Shown here: one piece after another, positions 26,632 to 41,283 of the stretch | Layout: each line of letters opens with the position of its first letter | Numbering within the stretch: position 1 is the stretch's first letter | Assembly: GCF_009914755.1 (NCBI RefSeq) | Contig: NC_060927.1 | DNA from: the human T2T-CHM13v2.0 reference genome, Homo sapiens | Direction: 5' to 3' (one strand) | DNA length: 64,000 nucleotides | Made by a program: the position numbers and the translations under genes | The notes under the pieces: generated by a model | What the model was told of the DNA's origin: nothing | Databases searched by the model: none | The model's input: the letters and a program-made list of their open reading frames with translations, nothing else

Positions 26632-26761
26632 GAGGCTGAAAGTAGTTATGTGTCATGTCATCGATGACGCTGAAATGAGGCTGAAAGTAGTTATGTGTCG
26701 TGTCATCGATGACGCTGAAATGAGGCTGAAAGTAGTTACGTGTCGTGTCATCGATGATGCT
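26632..26761. repeat. 45-bp minisatellite, ~2.9 copies
   Basis: GAGGCTGAAAGTAGTTA.GTGTC.TGTCATCGATGA.GCT starts at 26632, 26677 and 26722. Confidence 0.97.
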
Positions 26762-27389
26762 TCCATGTCCATTGGTTTTTCTGAAAACATCAAATGACCT
26801 CAGTAAGCAAGTGCCACCACTGAAAGTGCTCATACAATTTTTAGAAAAATTTAGACTTCCTTTAAAAAACCATCTAATATCCAGTATATTACATCTTTCT
26901 TTTAAAAAAATTTATGCCATATTATCTCATCCTACTATGTATTATCAGTCTTTTTAAATCCTAAGTTGAGATAATCCAAAAGAATTTTTTCTCTGCAGCT
27001 TAAAAATAAATATGGCAATGAACTATTTTGTGCTTTATAAATTCCTTTTAAGACTCATCTTTATTTTTTAATATGAGTTAATTAAAAGAAATAATTAGAG
27101 TATAGTATGAATATTACCTTTAGAATAAGTTTTCAGATTCTTCCAATAAAACAAAATTTATACTATAAAAATTACAATGATTAACAGACAGATACCATCA
27201 ATACACTAATACATAAAACATCAGGAATTGATACAATGTCTTCATATAATGATACCACAATCTAACACAAAAGACCTGGTGATAAACAATAAGATAATTT
27301 CTTAATTTTTTATAATAGGTAATTACATGCTTGATATATATGATACCTGATGCTATAATCATTTATTTACCCCTACCCCCTCACTTTAA

Positions 27390-27920
27390 AGGTAGAAATC
27401 TTAAAGATTATTTCCTCACTTTATTGCCATGTTTAAAAAACTGTCAGTAATTCTCCTTGTTTACAGGGTGAACTTCAAGTTACATAATGTTGTAATCAGG
27501 GCTGTCCATAATCTGAGTCTACACTGCCCTCATTCTTGGCAAGTCCTTGCCCAGTGCAAGACTACTCAACTCCAAGCAGAGTTTATGACCATACTGCTCT
27601 CTGATCTCCTGCATTATTTAATAATTTATTCATCCAGTCAACAAGGCATGAACCAACCACTATATGCTTCACACTGTTCTCTAAGGAGGTAATACATGAC
27701 CTGAGACCTGAAGAGCAAGGCGATTCAGCTATGTTGAGACTTGAAGTGGGGTGGAGACTGTAATAGGCAAAGCAAACATCTGGTGCAAAAGCCTTCAGGC
27801 AGGAAAGAGTCAGCATGTTTGAAAAACAGAAGCCAAGCAAGTACAATAGAAGCATAAGATTTCCAGGGACATTATGTGATAAGAAGACAGAGACTATACA
27901 ATCCTTGTCAAAAGTAAGAA
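27390..27920. mobile_element. L2 fragments (plus-strand piece, then minus-strand piece)
   Basis: L2-like motifs, including ATTTATTCATCCAGTCAACAAG...CCACTATATGC and GGTGCAAAAGCCTTCAGGCAGGAAAGAG. Confidence 0.5.
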
Positions 27921-27949
27921 GTTCAGAGGAATTACACAGTCTAAAAGCT

Positions 27950-29248
<1,299 letters not shown>

Positions 29249-30124
29249 AATATATTCTTATGTGCTTTATTGTGAGAAATAAAATTCTGAAAAAATATAT
29301 GAGAATGTAATAATACTGGCTACCTAGGTGTGTATGTGTATAGTAGTAAAGAGAAGGGGACAATATGCAAATGAAAGGGAAGAAAAGAAGTTTAATTTTT
29401 TAAATCATATTTGAACCATGTAGCAATGTGAGGAATTCAACATATTAGATTTTTTAAAGCATCATAAAACTAATAAAATCATATTTAAAACATTTCATTT
29501 TGCTGATTACAAGTTCACACTGGCAACATGGATATGATACTGAGAGACATAGCTCGGTTTCTTTCAAATTTGGTATCATTTATTAATCAATATTATGTGT
29601 TATGGCATAGATCTACAACTTTTCCATATTTAAACTCCTGCAAAACATTTTTTCTTAGAACCTACAATATACTATTTGTCTTTAATTTGGGGTAGACATT
29701 TGTTTTCATATCAACATTGGCTCTGTTCTTTTTCTCTTTGGCATGGAGCAACTAAAGTAATAGCATCTGAGACATCCATGATAATCAAACATGCAAATAT
29801 AGAAATCAAATGACTATATAAGATGGTCATGCAAGTAATTCAGCATATGCTTACCTTATCTTTTCTAGAATACATCAAATTGAACTACAATATTAAAATT
29901 TTATAGATACCTGTGACATTCCTAGGATATGTCCAAAAACATGAGAAGTCAGTGAACCCCAGTTTGTGGAACATTTAGTTAAATGACACCAAACAGGAAA
30001 CATGTCCACTTTGAAGGATTACCAGAAGCCTCTCTCTAATGCCCAAGTCCATGAGCTGCTTTCCAGAGCCACCCTACCTTCTTGCATCAGTTGATATTCT
30101 GGCCATACCTTCTCTGAAAGTTTC

Positions 30125-30580
30125 TATTGGAAGAGTCTTCCATGGGCTAATTATTCTTTTTGTTGAGTTTGACCAGAAATGCAAGGACCTGACCACTCTA
30201 CCAGTGCCATTCCTCAGGTTTCTGTTTGCAACCTCAATGGGATGAGGTAATGTTTCCCCCTGGGACAAAAACCAGGCTTATTTATAGGGTGCAATGAACC
30301 AGTAAGTTTCCGAGGGCCAGTGTCCTTCTCCTGTAATGCAGCCTACTGTGTGTGCAGACATCAATCTATGCCCACTTGCGTTACCCCCATGGGAACTGAA
30401 GATCAGAGAACCAACATGACCACGCAGACAATCAGGCTACTGCTTTGATGTGAGTAATAAAGTCTTTCATCTCTGACCTACGAGTCTTGTGGCATCTGTC
30501 GGCATCCAGAGAATAGCAAAAGGCCAACTAGTTACCTTCCAAGTAAGGTAAAAATGTCAGGCCTTTCACAATTCTTGCCA
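30125..30580 (+). mobile_element. LTR40 (c-like) ERVL solo LTR
   Basis: GTGAGTAATAAAGTCTTTCATCTCTGACC...CAAGTAAGGTAAAAATGTCAGGCCTTTCACAATTCTTGCCA matches the LTR40 3' end. Confidence 0.8.
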
Positions 30581-30599
30581 CTCTCTCAATATATTTTTG

Positions 30600-33500
30600 T
30601 GAAAATATACTCTCGTTTTTAATTTATCTCTCTGACTGCTCCTCCCTCCTCCTTCTTTCAGCTGATCATCTTCTCAGCCATCTCTGAAAAATTGATGCTA
30701 CTCAGGGCTCTGTCCACGGTCCTGCTTTACTTTCGTTTAATATGCTCACCTTGACAATCTTCCTTTTATCTATCATTTTTATTCTAATATTTGTACCCAA
30801 ATGTTTTTAAGCATATATTCCAGCAAATTAATCTCTTTCTTGAGCTTCAGACTTCTTTTTTCAACTTCTTAATATATACTTTTAGTATAACATGCTCTAG
30901 ACCTATCAAACTTAATTTCATTTAATGTAATCTCAATTAACTCATGTTCTTAAGTGGAAAATATTGTAGTCATCCTCAAACTCCCTGAGTATTTTATCAA
31001 TCACACAGCTAAATATCTTAAGCCTCATATTTTCTTTCACAGCCATTCCACTCTCACCTGACATGATGTGTGATAATATTAACTCCTGATCAAGCTTCCT
31101 CATTTTTTCACTCTCCTGTATATTTCACACTCCCAGCTCAGGTTTGCTTCTTAAACACAGATTTGAATACATTACTGTAAATCTCTGTTTTGCTTTTAGG
31201 TCAAATAGAAATGGTCATGGAATGACAGCCCAGATGCTTTACAACGCTTCTCATTATACTTTTCCAATTTCATTTCAAATCACTTTGACATTATTACTAT
31301 GCCAACTGGTGCACATGCATCCACAAGCATGCACACACACATATCCACCCACTTTGTACTGTACACCGCACCCTCACAAGTCATGACAGCCACCTTACTA
31401 TTCTTACTGTAGTCTCTTCTGTCTTCTTTGTACATGCTCCTTCTTGCAGAATTATAGCAGCCTTTTGAATAATTGCTACTCCTCCTTTAAATAATAGTAG
31501 GAGAAGCATTTCCTCTCTCTCTTAGCCTCCTTACTTGCTTCCTCAATTATTCATCTTACAATACTATATTCTCATTTTTATTATTTTCTGCACTTCCTTT
31601 CTTTTCACCAAATCTCTTACTGTTGCCTTTCAAATGTTTCCACTACTCCCATGAAATAGCAAACAAAATAATGTCTATTCTTAATCTAGTTTTAAATGGT
31701 TTCTACACTAGATGTTTACTGAACTCTAGCTCTTCCCCACATCACATAGCTTCTATCCATGCTTCCAAAGGTAGTCTATTCATTATCTCACACACCGTGT
31801 GCCTTTAAGTGGGAGATATATGAACATGCTTTCAGCTTTCCAGGACTGCTTCCACATAACTATGCAAAAAAAAAAAAATTCCTTCTTTTCTTCTCTATCT
31901 GTACTTATCTTTGGCATTTACTCAAGATCTATTAACATTAACACATTAACTGAATTCTTTAATCTCTATACCAGTCTTCTTCTCCACCTTAAGTCCAGCC
32001 GTCAGCTAGATGTCTTCAAAATCCATGGAGATAATTTTATCCAAAACTTTAGCCCCATGGTTTAGTGATGCTCTCACCCGTATTTGAGCCATCCACTCCC
32101 ATGGCCATAATATGTAAAAATATTTTGCCTGTAACTGTGTTACTTCTGAAATTCTGAACTGAACTGTGCACTGATCAAAACCTTCTGCACTTTATTTTAT
32201 AATCACACTTCATCTGCTCTTTAACTTTATACTCATAATTCCTTAATCTCTCAGTTTTCTTTCCTCAAAACATCTATTCTTTGCTGAGTTAGCCTAAATC
32301 CTATGAATATTAAACTACTTTTTCACCACATCCTAAATTTCTTTCCCTTTTATCCTTAAAGGTATTCACCCAGTAAAACGGTAACATTGGCAAAAATTAC
32401 TATTCATTTTCACTGGTTCAAAGCCTAGAGGGCTGAGCCCTGTCTGTAGAAAATTTACATAGAGACATCACTCCAAATGTCTACCCTTCAACCACAGTTA
32501 TTTTGCCTAGTACTATCTGTCAGTCCTTTCATTTATCCTCACTTATTTCTCTTCCAGATATCCTCCAATAACAAATGTTCACGCTTCTTCTCAACCTCTT
32601 CTTCAGTCCCTGATCTCAGAACTCTCAGCAGGCAAATGCGCCCCTTATGTCAGGATTCCACCACACTCAATCTCCACTCTATTATTTACACATTTATTGA
32701 CATTTTCACCCCTCCTCACCTCGCTTCTGGTTTTTGAGAATGAGATTTACCTCTAACATTTTAATACAAATCTGCCTTGTCTTCAGCTTTCTGCAACGCC
32801 TTGATTTTTTATGAGAATTTTATTTTTTACAAAGCGTTATCCCTCTTTTTTCCTTCCCTCTTTCTTAATCTCTTTCCACATGTAATTTTTCATCCTATTT
32901 GCATCCTTAAAACTATCATTTCAAAAAATTACTTCCCTTGACATGAAATTACCAACTAGCTCACTCCATTTTTCCTTTACAAAGAACTATATAAACACAT
33001 TGACTCTACTTCCTGACCCTCTATTTACTGTTTGGCACTTATTATTTAATCTGGCTTCCTCTTTGATTCCACTGTACATGATTGCCTACAATGCAACATG
33101 AATTGTGCATCAGGCGTATGGTTATTAAGAAAATAGATTTTGCACTGCCCTCCTGGAAGTTACCATCTCCACCCAAAATTTTAACTCAACATTTTAACTC
33201 AACATCTTTTTCTATGAATCCATTGCTTTAAAATTGTCTTTTCCCTAAAGATTGAGATATGAAACTGCTTCCTTTCTCTTATTCACCTCATCCCATGTAA
33301 TCAATCACAAATTCTTGCATATCTGCATCATTGCTTAATGATTTCCTAACCTTTTATTCATACTGCCTACCACTCTCTTCATTCATCTATGATCATTACA
33401 GGGCTGCTCTAATACACCAGCCCTGTAATTCAGCTCCCTGCTTTATATCTTGTACCAAGCAAATTCAGCCTGATAAAATGGTGCATCAAAATACAAATAC

Positions 33501-34000
33501 AGTTACGCTGCTCTTCTGTTCTAAACCATTTTTTGGACCAAAGGGCAAATGTCAGTCTGATATGACAGTCAAAATCCTTGAAAATCTGACCCTGTTTGAT
33601 TCTCTGACCTTGTATCTCACCACTTTCTGCACTAAATTTTACACTGTGTCAACCACAACTACCAGTATATCCCCGTGTGCAATATATTTTTTCTCACTTT
33701 TATATCTTTATAATCTGTGTTCTACTGCATAGCTAACAGTTCCTCCAGAAAAACCTTTCCTGACCCATCAAGCCTGAAACTAGCTCCTCTTTCTTTGTGT
33801 TCACATAATATTCTTTGCATATCTCTATACTTATACATAAATATAATATATTATATTGATCTTTGTGTATGTCTGTCTCCGCAACAGGCATTGAGGTGAT
33901 TGAGGCCAGAGACTATATTCTGTTCAGCTTTGTATCCCTAGAAGCTGACAGTGTTTAGCAGATAGTGTTTAATAATGGTTAAAGAAAGGAGTAAACAAAT
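30600..34000 (+). mobile_element. Long, fragmented L2 LINE region
   Basis: Pyrimidine-rich L2 body (CTCAGGGCTCTGTCC...; TGAGCTTCAGACT...) ending in the L2 3' motif CAGAGACTATATTCTGTTCAGCTTTGTATCCCTAG. Confidence 0.6.
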
Positions 34001-34254
34001 GCTACTCACTTTTTATAATATTATCTTTATCCTAAGTTATCTTAGTTCCTTGAGTGCATGAAGTATAACCTATTTATCTTAATACTTCCACTTCTTAGCA
34101 AGTGCTTGGTATGTAATAGATTCTTAGGAAATGTTCATTCTATGAAAACTTCTTGATTAGAATTGAATGGCAATGTATGGTCACTTGGGGCATGACATGA
34201 TATACAACGGAAAATAAGTGTTACCTGTGAAAAAAAGAAGGAAAAAAAAAAGCA

Positions 34255-34420
34255 AGATCAGTCATCAATTGTTAACAAGTATACCAATCTGCTGGGGAAC
34301 ACTGACAATATAATGGAGAGGCTACGCACATGGTGGGGCAGGGACTATGTGGGAAATCTCTCTACCTTCTGAACAATTTTTCTGTGAACTTGAAACTTTT
34401 ATAATAAATGAAGTCTTAAA
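34255..34420 (+). mobile_element. L1MC-like 3' end fragment
   Basis: TCATCAATTGTTAACAAGTATACC...ATGTGGGAAATCTCTCTACCTTCTG...TTTCTGTGAACTTGAAAC. Confidence 0.75.
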
Positions 34421-34485
34421 GGAAAACATTGACAAAGGCAAATAATTTTACCTTAGGATATTAATTGCTAGAAGTCAGTATTTTA

Positions 34486-34638
34486 GGCTGGGGGTGGTAC
34501 CTCACGCCTGTAATACCCACACTTTGGGAGGTTGAGGCTGGTGAATTGCTCAAGTCCAGAAGTTTGGGAACAGCCTGGACAACCTGGTGAAACCCTGTCT
34601 CTCCAAAAGAAAATAAATAAGTAAAATAAAATAAAATA
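34486..34638 (+). mobile_element. FLAM / free left Alu monomer
   Basis: Single Alu monomer plus (TAAAA)n tail; degenerate TSD AGAAGTCAGTATT / AGAAGCCGATATT. Confidence 0.85.
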
Positions 34639-35354
34639 AGAAGCCGATATTATATTCTAAAAATAACTCTATAGTTCTGATTGTACTAAAGAGAGCTTAA
34701 ATAGAGCATGAGGAAATCTTCACTCAAAGCAAACCCAAATTATAAAGTTGTTCTTTTAGGGGATCATTTTTAGATAGATTGATGCCAGTTACGTGTTTGA
34801 TTTTCTTTAAGACAACCCTAGCACTTTCTACCATTTCTAAACCAAATCTGTTCACCATCATCAACACATATGCATCCACCATGACAAACAACAATAAAGT
34901 TAAAGACAAAATTTGCACTAACCTTGATAAAAACTCATTGTAGCAGCAGTAGACTCTTACAAGCTGATCGCTGTGGGAAGCTTGAGTGTACATGGCTGTT
35001 ATGATTCTGAAACCTAGAAGTGTGTCATTAGCTGCCACAACACTGACAAACAATAGCAATGTACCGATTTTCCTCAACCTCTGTAAAGAGTAGCTAGTGA
35101 TTGTCAGGATTGTATTTCTGATGGACAAGCAATTTATTTTAATCTGGGATGTATTTGATAACAGCAAAAAAGAAGCAGCATTTTATTTATTGTATTGCTT
35201 TTTGAGCAAGTACTAAAGGATCCAAACAAATAAGTTAGGATCTAGTGTTGAAAAGGCACCACATTATATGTTCTAAATGGTATTAGAGACAGAAATCAGT
35301 TACTAACTGTGAAGAAATCCAAACTGATTACTGGAAAATTGACTTGGGAGCAAG

Positions 35355-35500
35355 AGAAACTGGATTCTGAAACAGAATCTACCATTATTTAACTCTATTG
35401 ACATGGAACAAATCCATTTAAATTTCTGAGCCTCATTTTTTTTTCCTTGTGCATAAAGAGTTGAGCCAATGGCTTTCTCAATTGTATTTCAAATATCACA
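35355..35500 (+). mobile_element. MIR fragment
   Basis: ACTGGATTCTG...CTACCATT...TTTCTGAGCCTCATTTTT. Confidence 0.55.
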
Positions 35501-36129
35501 TTTCATAAATTTCAAGAAAAACCTGGAAAAAGTTGCCTACTCTCTTATCATTGGGCTCCGTAATATTTTCTCCTCATGGGAATTACGGAAATATAGATGG
35601 AGAGATAAAGAAAAGGTGGACTGCCATTATTAACCTGTTTAATAAAGCATTTAAATAATCAAAGGTCTTTTGCATCCCCACATTGGGTTATGGGAAGAGC
35701 TGATCTGCACTGATTTTATTTCAGTGTGAATAAACAGATAGCCTAGTCAAGAACTTGTGGCTGTGTTGGGCCTGGAAGGGAAAATGTAGTACAGTTACAA
35801 TCAGTGCCATAGACAACTCGGGGCAAAGAATTTCATATCTTCTGTCATTTTGTCCATTTCAACCTTATGTCTTGTGCCCACCACTTGGTAAAAAAAATTG
35901 GTTTTATTTCAAGTGTGGTAGAATACTATTGAAATTATAAGCAGGAGAAGTTTATAATTTAGTTGGTTTTAAAAGTCACCCTGATATTGGAAGGTAGCCA
36001 TGCCTGGTTAAAGAATGAGCAGTGAAGTGAAAAGTAGGGTAAAGAGTAGGCTTAGAGTAGGGTAGTTTCCATGAGATGAAAAAAAAGGACTAATTTTGGA
36101 TAAATATTTAAGGTACAACATTAGGTTTA

Positions 36130-36982
36130 TTCTCAGTTTGTCCTCTTAATCCTCCAAACTTGTTCAACCTTCTCTGCAGCACTCAGCAGTTAGGAGGCTG
36201 ATCATCCAGACTGTGTCACCCATGCTCCCTTTCCAGGTGACTTCTAGTTGGATTTGGCCAACAGGACTTGCTAGCAGTAAATTGGAAGGTTCAAAGGTAT
36301 TTCTTTTTTCACATACTTCCTACTTCAGGCCTGAACTTCTGAGTTTCTGCATCTTTTCAAGAGTATAATTCCTCTTGCATGGGCTCTTTTTCACTTCCTT
36401 GGGTATTTCTGACTCTTGCAACACTCCTTTTTCCCTTTGCAATGGTATGAATGTTTATGTCCCCACAAAATTCTTATGGTGAAATCTTAGAGCAAGGTGA
36501 TAGTATTAGATGGTGGGGCCTTTGGGAGGTGATTATGTCAGGAGGTATTCTCATGAAAAGGATTAGTGCACTTATAAAAGGGACTCTAGAGAGCTCTTTA
36601 CCATCTTTCCACCTTGTTAGGATATGACAAGATGGCAGTCAGCAACTCGGAAGAGGGCCTTCACCAGACCCCAACCATGCTGGCACCCTGATCTCAGACC
36701 TCCAGCCTCCAGAACTATGAAAAATAAATTTCGTTGTTTATAAGCCACAAGTCTATGTTAATTTGTTATAGCAGCCCAATGAAGACTGACTAAGATACTC
36801 ATTATCCCTTCAGCCCCTGGGACATTCTCAGCTTTCTACTATTGCTAGTCTCTGGTTGCCTCACCACTCCTTATTTTATCCATAATTCTGCTCACTTCAC
36901 TGTGAGTAGTCCTTTCACTGAAGTATTTTTATTTGAACCATTTGTGTTGAATTCTGTTTTCTCTGGTGACTCTGAATAAATG
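36130..36982 (+). mobile_element. LTR33-family ERVL LTR interrupted by MLT1A
   Basis: GGAGGCTGA...GCTCCCTT...CTTCTAGTTGGATTTGGCCAA and 3' AGTAGTCCTTTCACTGAAG...TCTGTTTTCTCTGG. Confidence 0.7.
36438..36797 (+). mobile_element. MLT1A(0) MaLR solo LTR
   Basis: TGCAATGGTATGAATGTTTATGTCCCC...CCATGCTGGCACCCTGATCTCAGACCTCCAGCCTCCAGAAC...GACTAAGATA. Confidence 0.9.
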
Positions 36983-39840
36983 AACAGCCGGTGCTTGCTG
37001 ATGTGGCAGATGTAGAGAAGTGACGAAAAGTGAAGCGTCAAGGTCAACTCTCACATTTCAGGCTGAAGCAGTTGGGTGCACAGGGTTGCATTGAATGCAG
37101 TGAAGAGGACTGAGAAAGAAATGGTTCACTTGTGAAACCAATATACCATCATATAACAGTATACATATCCCTAATATGTGCCCGATGAATAGCCACATGA
37201 GCCCAAGACACTGATAGCTGAAGACTGTATCACCCAGAGTTATGCTAAGTTTCGGAAGAATCATGATATGAGTTTTTTTTTAGTACTACAGCAACTAATA
37301 CATATGTGTACTTTTCTGCTTTTTTATTTATTGCGTTATTTTATCACATGATCTGAAAAATATTAGAAAACACATGAATTAGGCATTTGATAAAACATGT
37401 CAAAAGAAAACACCAAATAAATTTTAATTTCAATTATGTAAAGTAAAAATAATTGTAGCACATGACTCAGGGTAAGGGGAAGTGTAAAATTATTGCCAAA
37501 CACAAAAGTTGAGAAGAATAGATGCATCTTCACTCAGAAGAAATTTAGTTTAATAAGAATCTAATGAATCCCACACATCTCCAAAATAATAACAAGTAGA
37601 GATAGGGTCTTATTATTTCTAGATAAAACATTTACTAATATTTAACTACATTCGGGAGATAGATCTAAGAACTCCTAGAAACATTTGCTTTACTTCCCAA
37701 GGGATAGGAACATAATTATTAAAATTCCTTATAATAAAGTGTTATGTGATTTAATCAGAAACCTCATAGAGAAAGTTATCTTAATCTAACTACTCCAGTT
37801 TTTTGTTTTTTTTTTTTTGTCTGACTCAATGTTTGTTAAAACATTTCTATCACCCCTTACTTTTTGGACATTATTATCCAAAATGGTCTAGATTTCCTAA
37901 CTTCCACATATAACTAGTGATTTTTTTGTGTCCTAACAATTAATACTTACATAAATAGAACTAAGATAATATTATAGGAGAGTACTGAAAAAGTATGTTC
38001 TACAGAGACTTGAAAGAGTTCATCAATCTCCAAATATATATTTCTTAATTCCACATTTTATCTGATTTCTAAGGTTTCAACACAAATTTTACCATCTAAT
38101 TAACGTCTTATCAGGGGACCAGTCTAGCTTGAAAGTCTGGATGCCAACTGAGAGCACTGCGTTATCCTGGGAAGTGGTCTGTAGACTTGGTAAATATATG
38201 AAAATCAGTTGATAGTCATGTCACAGCTACTCCCCTTCTAAGTCCCATAATTTCACAAAGGCAGAGAATCTACAAGTACCACTCAATCTGACAACTACTG
38301 CCAACTTCATTTCCAGAAGGCTTTTGTATTTCATAAGTTGCTTAGTCAATTGGAATTATAATTATGTCATTGAAGTGGAAATTACTGTAAACTATTTGAT
38401 CAGTAAACTGATAGTTTACTATTTGATTACTGTAAACCATTTGCATGAAAATGTTTGTTGGGTTTTTTGTTTTATAAATATATGCCAAATTCTATTATAC
38501 TCATCAAAAGTGGTCAGTGGCTGGAGAATAATACACGGTATTTTGAGAAATTTTAAAATTTTATGGCTCCTTTCCTGTTTATTTCTTTTCCTCGGGCATT
38601 ATCCAAGAATTTTAAAAAGCGGATACCAAAATATAAGCAGAATTCCACACAGAAAACAGAATTCTTTTAGCTCAGATTATTGCCTTCTTGTTATTTGAGT
38701 TCCCAGCTGGGTCAATAATGGTCCTTTTGGGGAATGCTCAATATTTTCCCATTTAAAGTCAAGTAAGTTAGGAAACCAGTGCCATCAGAAGCCTCAATTC
38801 TTTTTTCTGCCCTTCAAATGTTGTGACTTTGCATGGGCTTTCCTGAGATGATTAATGACAGGTGTGACTGGGAGAAGTAATTATAGGGAGTGACAGGAAG
38901 TTTAAGACTTTGGGGATAAAAGTGAACGATATGAACATGAAAGTTTTAGTGATGAAGTCAACTTCTGACAGGCACAACATGATCATTATGGAAATTTTGA
39001 AAGAGAATAAAGATCTAAAAAGTACGTTTGAAATGGAAGAACATAATTTAATCATTAGCCTCTTTACTATGGAGACTAAAGGCATATCCTGTGTTGAAAG
39101 CATTTGTGACTTGGAAGGCTAATTATTCATACCCCTACAATTTTATTCTATTTCATGCCTAAGTTCTTTGTATATTTTCATGGACTGTGCAATTTTCTCT
39201 GGTATTGAGGTTGCGTGGATGGCTACTCACATGGACTGGAAATTCTAAATAGAAACCACAAGTCAGTTAATTTTATACCAATCTCTTGTAGGCATCAAAT
39301 TAGCTCATATGAAGAAGCCCTAAGTGACAAAGGACACTTCCAAGCATCTGCTGACTTTCTTCTTGGTTGGTCCTTCAATAGCACTGAAAATTTAATTAAA
39401 TTGTAAATATCTGGAGAGCAAGGATCATATTTTATATACTGTACCTCAGATAGCATCTAGGTTTGTGTTTCACCAATAATAGCTTTAAAATGAATATATA
39501 TAATGAGTAACAAGTAAGATTATATATTTTTTGGAAGAAGATTTAAGAAAGGACTGAGTGAGGATATCTGAGCATGGACTTTAGAAAATAGAGTTTAAAT
39601 AATGTCAAAATAAGTTTATTTTATTTATTTTAATTTGCCAAGGACAGAGTTACTTCTTATCTATTACATCCATAAAACTATTTGTGCTTCCATAAGAATC
39701 ATTTTCCACTGATGCAAACTAACAAGAACATAGGATATCAAATTTAATTTTTCCCTAGAAGTAATACATATTGAGAAACAACAACCAAAAAGTCAGGGAA
39801 ATAATAATGTTTTGGTAAGTCTTTTTTTCTGGAGAGAGTC

Positions 39841-40080
39841 AGGTAATTTTCAGGGAACAAATTTACTGACACTGAACTTCAGTTATTTATGGCATACACC
39901 ATTTCATAGCTAATGACAAGTGACTTTCTTTTATCAGACTCTCTGATTATTCTATTTGTTTTTGCTCATTCTGTTATAATCTGTTGTTTATGCCACAAGC
40001 ACTGGTAGATGCTATGAAATGGTATATCCCATAAAGAACTGAAGTTCAATGTCAGCAAGTTTGTTCCCTGAAAATTACCT
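39841..40080. repeat. Inverted repeat, 70-bp arms (39841-39910, 40011-40080), 100-bp spacer
   Basis: Manual alignment: 64/70 reverse-complement matches, with a weaker extension outward. Confidence 0.95.
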
Positions 40081-40139
40081 CTCTTCAGAAAAAGAGGCTC
40101 TTATTAAAGTCTAATGATTTAGACTAATTCCCACTTAGA

Positions 40140-40565
40140 TTAATTCCCATTCCTTGAATTAATAACTCTTCTCACTTTTAACCCATGAATTTAGGTGCGA
40201 CTTTGCTCCTAACTCAAAAAGTAAAGAATACGAGTCAAGCCTGGCCAGCCTGCCCATTGCATTCCAAAGTCTTCAATTTTTGGGTCAAGCATGTAATCAA
40301 ATCCAAGCCACTGGAGCATGGTTTTGGAAATAGTTTGAAATAATCACAGGCTGAACCCACAATCAACCAATACTGCTGACACTAGACAACTCATAACCAG
40401 GAAAAACGAAGTTCTGATCACATCGTTTGAACCCTGATTCCAACTGTGCCTGAAATTTGAGCTACTCTAACCTTATCCAGTTTTATGAACCGTAGATTTT
40501 CTTTTATTTCTCAGTCAAAGCTGAGCTGGATTTTCTATCAAGTGCACCTGAAAGTGTCCTGACAC
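40140..40565 (+). mobile_element. Old MLT1 (J/K/L-like) MaLR LTR
   Basis: GTTCTGATCACATCGTTTGAACCCTG...TGTGCCTGAA...GAGCTGGATTTTCTATCAAGTGCACCTGAAAGTGTCCTGACA. Confidence 0.6.
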
Positions 40566-41228
40566 TCTCTTGCTCAAAGACAACATGGCATGTAGTTGTC
40601 TGTTTCTAACCAACGCCAACAACCTATGTCAGCTGCAGATATGGCTGGATGACCATAATATTCTGAGTGAAGGGTCTCCCAGAATCAAGTGCTATCTATC
40701 ATTCCCTTGTGGATAGAGTCTCAAGAGAAGGAGGCTGCATGTAATTTTTGCTGTCTGCCACAAATTAGATCTAGATGAGAAACAGCTCCCTTGCTTCAAT
40801 GTTAATAACACTCCTCCACAGGTGACAAATCTGTCTATTATCTTTAGCAAGGTTAGCAAGCAGTGAGTGAATTGGTGGTAGTCCCAAACAAGAGTGGTTT
40901 GAGAAATTCTAAGCTGGCTGAAGGTTGTAGGCTTTCCAAAAGAGAAAACTCAAGATCATTCAGCCAGGGGAGACAAAATTCACAGGAGAAGATCTAGAGA
41001 AAGTGACAGTCAACATTGCCTCTTAACAGAACGCCCCATGATCATAGATCATGTGTAAACTAAACAGGGGACATTTTTTAATATCCATTGTTAGGTCAAG
41101 TGGTAATGCAAGACATGCCAAATTAAAACTTGGTCCTGAGAGCTTCCAGAAATCTGCAAGTTTATACATTCATCAACTGAAAATCAAATCCCTATCTCCT
41201 GCCCCATACAGAGTTCCACTCAGAAATA

Positions 41229-41283
41229 TTTTTTCTTTTCTTTTCTTTCTTTCCTTTCTTTTTTTTTTTTTTTTTTTCTTTTT
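41229..41283. repeat. T-rich (TTTC)n/polyT tract
   Basis: Direct reading. Confidence 0.85.

Noticed and set aside
26632-26761. CRISPR-like array (palindromic repeats at a regular period)
   Set aside because: There are no unique spacers, the whole 45-bp unit repeats, the context is eukaryotic and there are no cas genes
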